Shown here in pieces: positions 9,896-19,904 of a stretch of 64,000 nucleotides of DNA. This DNA is from a bacterium (GTDB lineage: Bacteria; SAR324; NAC60-12), in contig CBDBHR010000030.1 in assembly GCA_965205865.1 (NCBI GenBank), forward strand, positions 1,216,001 through 1,280,000. Reading direction: 5' to 3'. The translations under genes and the position numbers were made by a program. Numbering within the stretch: position 1 is the first letter of the stretch; each line of letters begins with the position of its first letter. The notes under the pieces were generated by a model. That model was not told the origin of the DNA. It made no database searches and saw only the letters and a program-made list of their open reading frames with translations.

Positions 9896-11251
9896 ATGAA
9901 CTCTAATAAAGTCAGAGATTCGGTGGTTGCCCTTTTTACCTGCAAAGATCGTGTATTTGTCATCCAAAGGCAGTCTTATTTGACGGTTTTCCCCGGTTAT
10001 CATTCATTTCCGGGAGGCAAAGTGGATCGGGAAGATTCGCATCAACCCTATGAGATTCGTTTTCTCCGTGACCACAAAGCCCAGATGATGCATGCCCTTT
10101 GTCGTGAAGTTGAAGAAGAATTGAATTTTGATTTGGCAGCCGCCATTTTAAGGGGTCAGGTCGAACATTTTTCAAAATTCGGATATGCCATCACTCCTGT
10201 TTTCAATCCTGTTCGTTTCAATGCCCGATTTTATAGAATAGAACTGACCTCCCGGGTGGAATTCAATGTGGACAGTAACGAAACGGCATGGGCGAGTTGG
10301 CTTTCTGCGCAGGATTTTATGAAGCAATACCAACAGGGACAGATTTTGGCTGCCGTTCCCACACTGCGCGTGATGGAGAGGTTGGCTGAAAATCCGAATG
10401 TCAATAATTTGGCAGAACTGCATTTGAGTTATGATCCGCAAAACGAAGTGCCTTGTATGCAGCCCGTCTATCAAGTAGTGCAGCTGCCGGTTCCATCGAA
10501 TACTCTTCCTCCTGCGGAAAGCACGAATGCCTTCATTCTGGGCGATGATCATTGCGAGCGTTATCTGGTAGATCCTTCGCCGGCATCTCCGGAGGTGTTG
10601 GCACGTTTGCATCATGTGGTCCGTTCCTTCCGAATAACGGGTGTTTTTTTAACGCACCATCACCCGGATCATCATCAATTCTGCAACAAACTGGCCCGTG
10701 ACTTTCAAGTTCCAATAAAAATGAGCCGGGATTCCTATGAACGGATTTGTAAGAAATTCGGCCATGAATATTTTGACAAGCTTGAAATCCAGTTTGCTCA
10801 GGAAGGGGACATTCTCACTCAATGGCTGGGTAAAGATATCCAAATTTTTGAGATTCCAGGGCATGATGAAGGGCAATTGGGGTTGGCGCCAACGACGATG
10901 GACTGGTTTCTGGTAGGAGATTTGATGCAGGGCGTCGGAACTGTCGTGATTGCAGCGCCGGAAGGAAATATGAAAAAATATTTTGCGTCCCTGGAGAAGG
11001 TCATCTCGTTGGACCCCAAGATCATCATTCCTTCTCATGGCATACCTCTGAGAACCACGTTGTACCTCAAAAGAGCCCTGGAACATCGGCAGATGAGAGA
11101 GCGACAGATTCTACAACTTTACAAGGAGGGAAAATCAAAAGAGGAAATGTTGTCGACACTCTATCAGGATATCGACCCTCGATTACTGCAGGCAGCCTTG
11201 CGCAATATCGAATCCCATCTGGCAAAGCTGCAAACAGACCATTTGATTTGA
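9896..11251 (+). CDS. NUDIX domain fused to a LACTB2-like metallo-beta-lactamase-fold hydrolase
   Basis: N-terminal FPGGKVD...ALCREVEEE (split Nudix box). C-terminal THHHPDHH, PGHD, GD, PSHG and HRQMRERQI...HLAKL winged-helix tail. Confidence 0.85.
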   Translation: MNSNKVRDSVVALFTCKDRVFVIQRQSYLTVFPGYHSFPGGKVDREDSHQPYEIRFLRDHKAQMMHALCREVEEELNFDLAAAILRGQVEHFSKFGYAITPVFNPVRFNARFYRIELTSRVEFNVDSNETAWASWLSAQDFMKQYQQGQILAAVPTLRVMERLAENPNVNNLAELHLSYDPQNEVPCMQPVYQVVQLPVPSNTLPPAESTNAFILGDDHCERYLVDPSPASPEVLARLHHVVRSFRITGVFLTHHHPDHHQFCNKLARDFQVPIKMSRDSYERICKKFGHEYFDKLEIQFAQEGDILTQWLGKDIQIFEIPGHDEGQLGLAPTTMDWFLVGDLMQGVGTVVIAAPEGNMKKYFASLEKVISLDPKIIIPSHGIPLRTTLYLKRALEHRQMRERQILQLYKEGKSKEEMLSTLYQDIDPRLLQAALRNIESHLAKLQTDHLI

Positions 11252-11356
11252 TATCTGAATCTTCAAGACCCTGATTTGATTATAGTGCCAGATGACACCA
11301 GATGAAAAATCAGAAACTTCCGGAGCATTGAATACGAAGGTTACGATAAGGACCGA

Positions 11357-11740
11357 TTATGCCCGGAGTTGTTTTGTTAGAATCGTATTTTCCCTTTTCA
11401 AAACTCTGAATTGTTCATCGAGTGCTGCAATGACGCTATTTTTCATGTGCAGCAATTCCAGGAGGGTTTCATCACACTCTCCGACGCGCACCAAGGACGT
11501 GCTCACCACCATCTCTTCTCTTCCAGTCTCATACCAAGTCGGATTGAGCCCATATTTAATCTGCATGAGCATGACGGTTTGTTGGGACGGGTTGCTTTCC
11601 CCCCGTTTGATCTTGTAGAGCGCCTGCACTGAAATACCGATATTGTCCGTAACCTTTGTGAGTGAATATCCTTTATCTGATTTTAAATAATCAAGAAATT
11701 CAGAAAAGCGCTTCCTTTGCGCATTGGATCGAACCGTCAT
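11357..11740 (-). CDS. XRE-family HTH transcriptional regulator (short paralogue)
   Basis: LTKVTDNIGISVQALYKIKRGESNPS HTH, then YGLNPTWYETG and a coiled coil. Confidence 0.8.
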   Translation of the reverse strand: MTVRSNAQRKRFSEFLDYLKSDKGYSLTKVTDNIGISVQALYKIKRGESNPSQQTVMLMQIKYGLNPTWYETGREEMVVSTSLVRVGECDETLLELLHMKNSVIAALDEQFRVLKRENTILTKQLRA

Positions 11741-11806
11741 TTTCTTATTTTTTAAAAGAGGTATGGATTTTATTCAAAAAGATGCTTGCAAAAATTTACC
11801 CTTGTT

Positions 11807-12484
11807 TCAGGAAGTTTTTCTATTTCGCGCGATCTTTTTTTCGAGTTCCTGCAGAAAATATTGGCGCAATCGCTCATCGACTTTTTTTGGAACCAGTTTT
11901 GTACCCCCGGCGATTATAGCGCTCAATGTTTTTTCCGGATTTTCTTCCGACACTATTTTTCCCTTGATCAGTAGCTTTTGGTCCATGGATAGTCCTGTTA
12001 ACAATTTTTTTAATGCCAGTCCCGTCAGTCTTTCTTGGAGCAATTGTTTGTATTCATTGTATTTGGCCCGATTCAACTGGTTCACATTAACCGGCGCCTT
12101 TTGCCCAATTTTCTTTTGCATGATCGCATTTTTCTTTTTCAAGGACTCGTTTTGATGAGTTAACTCTTCAATCACATGATTCTTCATGCGGATCAATTCC
12201 ATCAAAATCTCGTCCGAACGTTCAAGGAGACCCGAACCTTCCCTGACCTCCATCGTGCCTTGTCCGGTCTCGTACCAATTGGTATTCAATCCGTATTTGA
12301 TCTTGAGTAACATAACGGTTTGTTTGGAAGGATTGATTTCTCCTCGTTTGATTTTGTAGAGTCCCTGTACCGAAATTCCGATGTTCTCAGCAACTTTAGA
12401 ATAAGAAAATCCCTGATCTGATTTTAGATTCTCCAAAAATTCAGAGAACCTTCTTCTATGTAAGGCATCCCTATTAACACTCAT
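11807..12484 (-). CDS. XRE-family HTH transcriptional regulator (long paralogue)
   Basis: YSKVAENIGISVQGLYKIKRGEINPS HTH and YGLNTNWYETGQG; clearly paralogous to the neighbouring gene, with about 100 extra C-terminal residues. Confidence 0.8.
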   Translation of the reverse strand: MSVNRDALHRRRFSEFLENLKSDQGFSYSKVAENIGISVQGLYKIKRGEINPSKQTVMLLKIKYGLNTNWYETGQGTMEVREGSGLLERSDEILMELIRMKNHVIEELTHQNESLKKKNAIMQKKIGQKAPVNVNQLNRAKYNEYKQLLQERLTGLALKKLLTGLSMDQKLLIKGKIVSEENPEKTLSAIIAGGTKLVPKKVDERLRQYFLQELEKKIARNRKTS

Positions 12485-12616
12485 TGTTGAATTCTTTCAT
12501 TTGAGATTAGCATTCCGGATCCACCCCCGAAATCGCGAATTGGGGCACTGTCCTTGTCATTACAACAGACTTCCTTTGGAAAAGTTTTCTCCGGTTTTCA
12601 AGATATTATTAAAATA

Positions 12617-12848
12617 ACCTGAGTTCGACATAAATCTTCAATAATATGAGTATCCTAGCGTATATGTCATCCTCGCGAAACTTGTCCCCGCGAAAGCGGG
12701 GAGCGGGGATCCGGATTTCAGTCTGGCTGCATACCTCCGGATTCCTTCCCTGCGTACGCAGGGATCTCGCAGGAATGACAAGGTTTCTCTAAGATATGAA
12801 GATTCCATAACATATTGAATTTATTAAATTCTTATCTCGAACTCAGGT
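12617..12848 (-). mobile_element. MITE copy 1 (232 bp), IS982-like ends, internal TGTCAT palindromic doublet
   Basis: TIR ACCTGAGTTCGA(C/G)ATAA; flanked by the direct repeat TAAAATA; near-identical to 13601-13847 and 24249-24458, in the opposite orientation. Confidence 0.9.
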
Positions 12849-12955
12849 TAAAATAGTCACCATAAAGCGTCGAATCGAACACTCCGGGAGCAAGTGAGCT
12901 GATGAAATTCAAATCATCCCGATTTATTTGCAGATTCTCCGAGTGGGAATGAAGG

Positions 12956-13567
12956 TTAAAGAATATGCGAACTTTGTAGTAACGTAATACCGGCGGATTT
13001 CATTTCTTCCAGTGCGTTTTTCACGTCCCCTGAATTGAGATCGACTCCGCGCGTGCCGTCAGTGATGAGATGAGTTTGATACCCCAAAGCCTGGGCATCC
13101 AATGCGGTGAATTTGACACAATAATCTGTCGCCAATCCCACCACATAAACCTCTGTCACACCTTTCTCTTTCAAATTCGAGTCCAGCCCGGTGGCGCTTT
13201 GGTGATCGTTGTCGAAAAATCCACTGTAGCTGTCGACGGTTTTTTTCATGCCTTTTTGGCATACGCAGGCAATTTTTGCCGTATTCAAACCTGCGATAAA
13301 CGCTGCTCCTTCCGTGCCCTGCACACAATGCGCCGGCCACAGTATTTGTTCAATACCATGGAGCATGATGATTTCCCCGGGTTCTTTGCCATGATGAACC
13401 GCAAAACTTTCATGGTCGGCAGGGTGCCAGTCCTGCGTTGCCACAACCAAGTCGAATGCGTTTTGCAATTGGTTGATCAAGGGAATGATTTGATCCCCTT
13501 GCGGAACTGGCAAGGCGCCACTCGGGGTAAAATCGTTTTGCAAGTCAACCAGGATCAATGCCCGCAT
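12956..13567 (-). CDS. pncA: Nicotinamidase/pyrazinamidase
   Basis: VDLQNDF, TQDWHP, WPAHCVQG, DSYSGF and GLATDYCV motifs. Confidence 0.95.
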   Translation of the reverse strand: MRALILVDLQNDFTPSGALPVPQGDQIIPLINQLQNAFDLVVATQDWHPADHESFAVHHGKEPGEIIMLHGIEQILWPAHCVQGTEGAAFIAGLNTAKIACVCQKGMKKTVDSYSGFFDNDHQSATGLDSNLKEKGVTEVYVVGLATDYCVKFTALDAQALGYQTHLITDGTRGVDLNSGDVKNALEEMKSAGITLLQSSHIL

Positions 13568-13600
13568 AAGCCTTACCGTGCTGGAGGTTATTGGTAATAA

Positions 13601-13847
13601 ACCTGAGTTCGAGATAAAAATTTAATAAATTCAATATGTTATGGAATCTTCATATCTTAGAGAAACCTTTTCATTCCTGCGAGATCCCTGCGTACGCAGG
13701 GAAGGAATCCGGAGGTATGCAGCCAGACTGAAATCCGGATCCCAGCTCCCCGCTTTCGCGAGGACAAGTTTCGCGGGGACAAGTTTCGCGAGGATGACAT
13801 ATACACTAGGATACTCATATTATTGAAGATTTATGTCGAACTCAGGT
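13601..13847 (+). mobile_element. MITE copy 2 (247 bp) between pncB and pncA
   Basis: Same TIRs and body as copy 1; flanks TAATAA/TAACAA; the right end overlaps the pncB stop codon. Confidence 0.9.
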
Positions 13848-15313
13848 TAACAATAGTTTTCCCGGATCTGAAGAATCAGTTGAGTTTTCAAATCAAAAAG
13901 GGATTTTTCAATCCCCACCGGATATTGATGGGGATTGACGAATCGCGCGATACCGGGATGAAACTGGCACAATCCTTGCCGTACCTTCTTTCTGATTTGT
14001 TGAATGGAAGGCGTAGTATACACTTTTTTTCCTTTTTTGAAAATAGGAATCAACAAGTCTTCGGATTGCATACCTGCAGGAATTTTTCGCTGCCGGGTCA
14101 TGTCTAAGGGATCGACGATGGTGCATCCCTTGCTCAAGTCCGAATGGATGTCAAAAATCACATCTGCGCTATTTTCCTGCTCTGTGCGATAACGTCGAAC
14201 CTGTTGAACGCCGGGTGTCGTCACTTTCACGGCTTGTTCAGAGATTTTGACGCGATGTTCCCAGGACTGGCCGGGCTCTCGGGTTGCCGCAAGTTTATAG
14301 ACACCGTCTAATGCCGGCTGGTCATAGGCAGTAGCCAATTTTGTACCGACACCCCACATGTCGATTTTTGCATTTTGGTTTTTCAAACTGGCAATGATGA
14401 ATTCGTCCAATTCATTGCTGACGACAATTTTTGTATCGGAAAACCCATTTTCGTCCAGCATCTTTCGCGCTTCAATGCTCAGGTACGCCAAATCCCCCGA
14501 ATCCAGTCGGATTCCCAACAATGGATAGCCCTGAGCTTTCAGCCAACGTCCGGTTGCAATGGCATTTTTCACGCCTTGCAGAGAAGAATAGGTATCGACG
14601 ATGAGTACGCAGTTATTGGGTGAGGATTCAGCATAAGTCTGAAAGGCTTCCGCCTCTCCCGCAAAGCTCATCACCCAACTATGGGCGATGGTTCCGACAA
14701 CCGGAATGCCGAAATTTTTCCCTGCCAATACGTTTGAAGTCCCCGCGCACCCTCCGATAAAAGATGCCCGGCTGACCGTTAAACCACCGTCCACTCCTTG
14801 CGCGCGTCGAAGCCCGAATTCCAGAACAGGATCGCCTTTTGCGGCCAGACAGACGCGCGCGGCTTTGGTGGCAATCAAAGTCTGAAAGTTGATGATATTG
14901 AGTAAAATGGTTTCCAGTATCTGGCACTGCGCAAGGGGCCCCTGCACCCGTATCAGGGGTTCATAGGGAAAGACCACCGTTCCTTCGGGAATTGCATCGA
15001 CATCGCATTGGAAACGAAGGGTTTTCAGATAACGCAAAAAATCTCTATGAAAGAGGGCTTTCTCATCAATGCCTTGCAAAGAAGCCAGGTAGTCGAGTTC
15101 TTCCTGTTCAAAGCAGAAATTGTCCAGTAATTCGATGACGTTTTCTAAACCGCAGACGATGCCGAATCCTCCTTTAAAAGGAAGGGTTCTGAAAAATAAA
15201 TGAAATACGCTTTCTTTGGAAGCAATGCCGCTTTTCCAGTACCCGTAAGCCATGGTGAGTTGATAGAGATCTGTCAAAAGAATAGAATAACGTGAAATTC
15301 CTGGAGCTGTCAT
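13847..15313 (-). CDS. pncB: Nicotinate phosphoribosyltransferase
   Basis: LLTDLYQLTM, EFGLRRAQG, GTIAHSW, GIRLDSGDL and GVGTKL motifs. Confidence 0.95.
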   Translation of the reverse strand: MTAPGISRYSILLTDLYQLTMAYGYWKSGIASKESVFHLFFRTLPFKGGFGIVCGLENVIELLDNFCFEQEELDYLASLQGIDEKALFHRDFLRYLKTLRFQCDVDAIPEGTVVFPYEPLIRVQGPLAQCQILETILLNIINFQTLIATKAARVCLAAKGDPVLEFGLRRAQGVDGGLTVSRASFIGGCAGTSNVLAGKNFGIPVVGTIAHSWVMSFAGEAEAFQTYAESSPNNCVLIVDTYSSLQGVKNAIATGRWLKAQGYPLLGIRLDSGDLAYLSIEARKMLDENGFSDTKIVVSNELDEFIIASLKNQNAKIDMWGVGTKLATAYDQPALDGVYKLAATREPGQSWEHRVKISEQAVKVTTPGVQQVRRYRTEQENSADVIFDIHSDLSKGCTIVDPLDMTRQRKIPAGMQSEDLLIPIFKKGKKVYTTPSIQQIRKKVRQGLCQFHPGIARFVNPHQYPVGIEKSLFDLKTQLILQIRENYC

Positions 15314-15386
15314 TAGTATTTTTCCGAGTCGAATGGGTGCAGTGGGATCAAATCTATTCAGTCAAAAAAAGAGGCGAACATCTTGG

Positions 15387-16841
15387 CTATTCTTTCCAAA
15401 AAGAAGGATAAAACAGGACAATCACCGCAAACATTTCCAATCGCCCTGCCAGCATATTGAAAGAGAGGAACCATTTTCCAATGACGGAAAAATCATTAAA
15501 TTGATGGCCAGGTCCCACTTCTCCGAATCCCACGCCGACATTCATGATTGTGGCGATAACGGCACACATCGAACTGAAGTACTCCATCTCTTCCGTCAGT
15601 GCCAGCAAACCGCCTCCCAGCAAGATCCAAAGGATATTGACAATGAAAAAACTGAGGACCAATTCCACGGCTTTCACATCGAGCGAACGTCGGTCGATGC
15701 GGATGGGTCTCACTTCCAGGGGCTGCATCATTTTTCTAATCGTGGCATGCAAATATTTCAAGATAATAACGTAATGTATAATTTTGATCCCGCTGGTGGT
15801 CGATCCTGCCGACGCGCCAATGAACAATGTAATGAAAAGAAACATTTGAGCCGGGTGAGGCCATAATTCATAATCGACCGTCGTGAATCCGGTGGTTGTG
15901 AGCAGAGAGACGACTTGAAATGTTCCATGGCGGAGAGCGTCTGTCGGGGAATACGCATTTTCCCGCCATAATACCAGGGAAACGATGCTACAAATAAACA
16001 AGGTGATGCCAATGTACCAGCGAATTTCCGTGTTGATTTTCACAGATTCCCAGTTTCTTTTCAAGAGTTGATAGTGGAAAATAAAACTCATTCCTCCTAA
16101 AAACATAAAAAGGATCGTCACCCAGTCGACATAAGCATTGTTGTAATGCCCTATACTGGTGTTTTGGAGAGAGTAACCGGCAGTAGCCACCGTTCCGAAA
16201 GCATGGCAGAAAGCGTCAAACAAGGGTATACCTCCTCCCCGGAGCATGACACCATTCAAAAAAACAATTCCCAGATAGATCAGGCAAAGCCGAATTGCCA
16301 TTCCTTTCATCCGCAGAGGGAATTTTTTCGGAGTGACGACTTGCCCCGGATCTGCTTCTGATGAATAGAATGCCATCCCCCCTGATGACATGACAGGCAG
16401 GATAAAAATGGCGATCAGGAGAATAACCATCCCTCCCAGAAAATGGGTAAAGCTTCGCCAGAAAAGCAGCCCGTGCGGAAGGGATTCAATATCCGTTAAA
16501 ATGGTAGCCCCGGTTGTCGTGAAACCGGACATCATTTCAAAAAAGGCATCGGTAAACGAAGGGATCGCGCCATGAATCATAAAAGGCAACGTTGAAACGA
16601 AACAGATCAGGATCCATCCCACCGAAACAACGACGAAACCGTCCTTCACGCTCAATCTGGAATGCCTGCGAAAAAATTGCCAAAACAGCAATCCGACGAT
16701 GATGGCAATGGCTGCGGTGAGGAATAACGCGGAAGCGTCTCCGTCGCCATAAATAAGGGCCACCAGAAAAGGAAACACCATCATGCAACCCGTCACGACG
16801 GTCAAGATCCCCAAAACATACAAAATAGCAAAAAAATTCAT
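15387..16841 (-). CDS. trkH: Trk system potassium uptake membrane protein
   Basis: FEMMSGFTTTGAT, TAGYS, TTTGF, AGSTTSGIK and GRLE motifs; multi-TM protein. Confidence 0.92.
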   Translation of the reverse strand: MNFFAILYVLGILTVVTGCMMVFPFLVALIYGDGDASALFLTAAIAIIVGLLFWQFFRRHSRLSVKDGFVVVSVGWILICFVSTLPFMIHGAIPSFTDAFFEMMSGFTTTGATILTDIESLPHGLLFWRSFTHFLGGMVILLIAIFILPVMSSGGMAFYSSEADPGQVVTPKKFPLRMKGMAIRLCLIYLGIVFLNGVMLRGGGIPLFDAFCHAFGTVATAGYSLQNTSIGHYNNAYVDWVTILFMFLGGMSFIFHYQLLKRNWESVKINTEIRWYIGITLFICSIVSLVLWRENAYSPTDALRHGTFQVVSLLTTTGFTTVDYELWPHPAQMFLFITLFIGASAGSTTSGIKIIHYVIILKYLHATIRKMMQPLEVRPIRIDRRSLDVKAVELVLSFFIVNILWILLGGGLLALTEEMEYFSSMCAVIATIMNVGVGFGEVGPGHQFNDFSVIGKWFLSFNMLAGRLEMFAVIVLFYPSFWKE

Positions 16842-17119
16842 CCAACCCCTTCTCCAAAAACAATGAGGACAGGGTCCACTGACCTGAAAAATGCCACTTC
16901 TTGATCTCTCATAGCAGAAAAACCCGCATGAGGCACTTGAATTTTATTGGAATCACAATCATTCTTTTCCCATGATTTTTTTGTCATCCTTCAAAAAAGG
17001 GAGTAGCGCAGTTTGCGGGATTGCATCAGCATTTGTGTCAATTCGCGAGACGATATGTTACATTGAACACGTTCTTTTCAAATTGCTATCATACCTGTTA
17101 TTTTTTTGGGAAAGGCAGA

Positions 17120-17764
17120 ATGGGACAGGAAAAAACTGCATTGATTGTTTGCAATGGAGTACCTCCCACAAAAGAATTGATACGGCAATTGTGGCAAAAG
17201 GTTGATTTAAAAATCTGTGCTGATGGGGGAGCGAATCATGTGATTTCGCAGGGATTCCAGCCAGACGTCGTGGTGGGAGATATGGACTCGATTCTTCCTG
17301 AAATCCGGCAGCAGCTTGCTCCTGAACGACTGATTCAAATTGCGGATCAAATTACCAATGACGGAGATAAGGCCCTGCGTTATTGTTTGATGCGTCAAAT
17401 TCAAAAAGTGTACGTCTTAGGAGCAGCTGGAAGTCGCAGTGACCATTTTTTGGCCAATATCGAATTACTCTATAAATATGGTTCTCATCTGAAAATTATT
17501 TTATGGACCGGATGCGAACAAATCGAAGTGATTGATGGGGAATGGCAGGGAATTTTTCCTCCGGGCACGACATTGTCGTTGCATCCTTTGTTTGGTGCGG
17601 TTCATGGGATAACCACGAGCGGGTTGGCTTGGCCTTTGAAGAAGCAAACATTACAAATGGGAAAAGATCCCATGGGAGTTTCAAATAAAACTACAAAACC
17701 CACCGTCCATATTTCCATGGAGGAGGGGAAACTATTGTTGATCACCCAGAATTTCTGCTGTTGA
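17120..17764 (+). CDS. thiN: Thiamine diphosphokinase
   Basis: ICADGGAN, VGDMDS, D.DKAL, GSRSDH, GLAWPL and GVSN motifs. Confidence 0.9.
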   Translation: MGQEKTALIVCNGVPPTKELIRQLWQKVDLKICADGGANHVISQGFQPDVVVGDMDSILPEIRQQLAPERLIQIADQITNDGDKALRYCLMRQIQKVYVLGAAGSRSDHFLANIELLYKYGSHLKIILWTGCEQIEVIDGEWQGIFPPGTTLSLHPLFGAVHGITTSGLAWPLKKQTLQMGKDPMGVSNKTTKPTVHISMEEGKLLLITQNFCC

Positions 17765-17890
17765 TTACCCCTGCCATTTATGATGTTTCGTGATCCAAAT
17801 CTTTATACCAATATGACTCTTGGCGTGACTTCATTTCCTCTTTTTCAATAAATTTTTTCACTGACCTTGGTAGGAAAAAAGAAAATTTAC

Positions 17891-17918
17891 TTGACAGAAA
17901 TATTTCCAATACTATAAT
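17891..17918 (+). promoter_or_regulatory. Sigma70-type promoter of the hrcA operon
   Basis: Consensus TTGACA (17891-17896), 16-bp spacer, TATAAT (17913-17918). Confidence 0.85.
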
Positions 17919-17944
17919 TAGCACTCATAGCAAGCGAGTGCTAA
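17918..17944 (+). promoter_or_regulatory. CIRCE operator (HrcA binding site)
   Basis: Perfect TTAGCACTC-N9-GAGTGCTAA directly after the -10 box. Confidence 0.97.
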
Positions 17945-18009
17945 TACTAATCAGACACCAGATGAAGATTATCAGAAGTGGTCGTAAGGTTCATGTGGGA
18001 GACGGATCT

Positions 18010-19086
18010 ATGAAGAAAGAAGGACAGATTTTGGAGAAAAATTTGCCAGAAATTGATGATCGCACCCAAAGGGTATTAACAGGGATCATTGACAACTATA
18101 TACAGACCACCGAACCCGTGGGTTCACGCACGCTATCAAAGACGTTGGATGTTGAACTTTCACCGGCAACCATTCGTAACATCATGGTCGATTTATCGGA
18201 AATGGGTTATTTGAAGCAAACCCACACGTCTGCAGGAAGGATTCCAACGGACAAGGCATATCGCTTTTATGTGGATTCTCTTGCAGTGGCCAATGATTTA
18301 CCGAAGAGTATTCAGACGACGCTCAATGAAGTTTCTCATCTCAGTGGACCTCAAGTGGAGCAACTCTTGGTCAACACCACTCGAGTATTGGCAAATTTGA
18401 CGGAATTCATATGCGTGGTTTCCGCTCCAAAAGCGGAAGCAAGTCTTCTCCAGCGTATCGAATTCATCAAGGTCAACTCACGTGAAATTTTGGTGATCCT
18501 TATTACCAAATCGGGGTTGGTGCGTAACAAAATTATTGAATCAAGCGAAGGGTTGTCTCAAAATTTTCTCAATTCAGTGGCGCAATTCCTCAATGAACAA
18601 TTTCAAAACTCATCACTTCTGGAAATTCGTAATAAGATCCTGGAAAGTATGTTGGAAGATAAGGAACGCTACGACACCTTGCTGGCACAGGCGGTGCGTT
18701 TGGGGAAAAAGGCATTTGAACTCGACACGCCACCGGAATTGTACGTGGAGGGACAGATTGGTTTAATGTTGAGTACGAAATTCAAGAAGCAAGAGACCAT
18801 CAAGTCCTTGTTAGAAGCATTCGAGGAAAAGAGTACCATCATGGCAATTGTCGACAACACCCTGGCGGCGGACCGGATTCAAATTTTTATAGGGGTAGAA
18901 AACAAATACCAGGGATTGCAGGAATGTTCCATGATCACTGCGGCGTATGGTTTAAAAAACAATGTTCTTGGAATGGTGGGGGTGGTTGGACCGACTTGCA
19001 TGGATTATCAGCGCATCATACCTGTGGTCGATTATACCGCAAAAATCCTGACGGCATCCCTTTCGGAACACGCCCAAATTGAATAG
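18010..19086 (+). CDS. hrcA: Heat-inducible transcription repressor HrcA (start at 18010 or TTG 18031)
   Basis: EPVGSRTL, SPATIRNIM, HTSAGRIPTDKAYRFYVD and GVVGPT.MDY motifs. Confidence 0.95.
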   Translation: MKKEGQILEKNLPEIDDRTQRVLTGIIDNYIQTTEPVGSRTLSKTLDVELSPATIRNIMVDLSEMGYLKQTHTSAGRIPTDKAYRFYVDSLAVANDLPKSIQTTLNEVSHLSGPQVEQLLVNTTRVLANLTEFICVVSAPKAEASLLQRIEFIKVNSREILVILITKSGLVRNKIIESSEGLSQNFLNSVAQFLNEQFQNSSLLEIRNKILESMLEDKERYDTLLAQAVRLGKKAFELDTPPELYVEGQIGLMLSTKFKKQETIKSLLEAFEEKSTIMAIVDNTLAADRIQIFIGVENKYQGLQECSMITAAYGLKNNVLGMVGVVGPTCMDYQRIIPVVDYTAKILTASLSEHAQIE

Positions 19087-19130
19087 CAAGCAATTGGCAA
19101 AAAGAGGTCTTTCAACTTTGTATAAAAATC

Positions 19131-19865
19131 ATGAGAGTAAATAATCCTAAAGAGGTGAAAGAAGAAAACTATAATATGTCAGAAGAATCAGAAGATAAAA
19201 TTTCCTCGTCTGAAAATCCACATGAAAAGGAAATCGCAAACGAAACAAACAACGGACTTGAATCCCGGAAAAACCAAACACCGGATTTACAAGAAGATTC
19301 GGTTGCAAATGGAGTAACAGAAGGGCAGCCAGAGACTTCCGAAACAAGAGAGGTCGAATCAACAGAGAGTGAGGATACGCCTCCGGAAGTCAAGCCGGAG
19401 GAGCAACTGGAACAAGCGCAACAACAAGTCGAAGCATTACAAGATCGTTTGCTACGCATGAACGCCGAATTTGAGAATTACAAGAGACGCATAGCCAAGG
19501 AGAACGCAGAAAGATTCAAATTTTATCACATGGGTTTGGTGAAAGAATTGCTGCCTGCGTTGGACAGTTTGGAGAGGGCCATCGAGCATGGTCAAAAAGA
19601 AAATACGACAACTCAAGCAATGCTGGAAGGAATTCAGATGGTTTATAAGCTCAATCAAGAAGCACTCGAGAAATTTTCAGTGTCTAAAATTGAAGCAATT
19701 GGAGAGCCATTTGACCCTGCTGTTCATCAAGCGGTAGGGACGGTTGAATCAAACACGGTTCCGGAAAATCATGTGGTCGATCAATTCCAGATCGGTTATC
19801 TGCTACATAAGCGGGTGATTCGACCGGCTATGGTTCGTGTGTGTCAAAAAAACAACAATGAATGA
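19131..19865 (+). CDS. grpE: Nucleotide exchange factor GrpE
   Basis: AEFENYKRR, FDPAVHQAV and GY.LH.RVIRPAMV motifs; acidic N-terminus. Confidence 0.95.
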   Translation: MRVNNPKEVKEENYNMSEESEDKISSSENPHEKEIANETNNGLESRKNQTPDLQEDSVANGVTEGQPETSETREVESTESEDTPPEVKPEEQLEQAQQQVEALQDRLLRMNAEFENYKRRIAKENAERFKFYHMGLVKELLPALDSLERAIEHGQKENTTTQAMLEGIQMVYKLNQEALEKFSVSKIEAIGEPFDPAVHQAVGTVESNTVPENHVVDQFQIGYLLHKRVIRPAMVRVCQKNNNE

Positions 19866-19904
19866 GGCGTAGAACGCGACGCCGAATGAAACAAGGAGCG
19901 ATTT

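Noticed and set aside
11357-12484. Prophage immunity region
   Set aside because: No integrase, structural or replication genes nearby; the regulators are tandem, not divergent.
13641-13826. 61-aa ORF inside MITE copy 2, and the MSNSG extension at 24444
   Set aside because: Both are translations of non-coding MITE sequence.
17938-18009. hrcA start at GTG 17938 as given by the ORF track
   Set aside because: It lies inside the CIRCE operator, just after the -10 box, leaving no room for an RBS.
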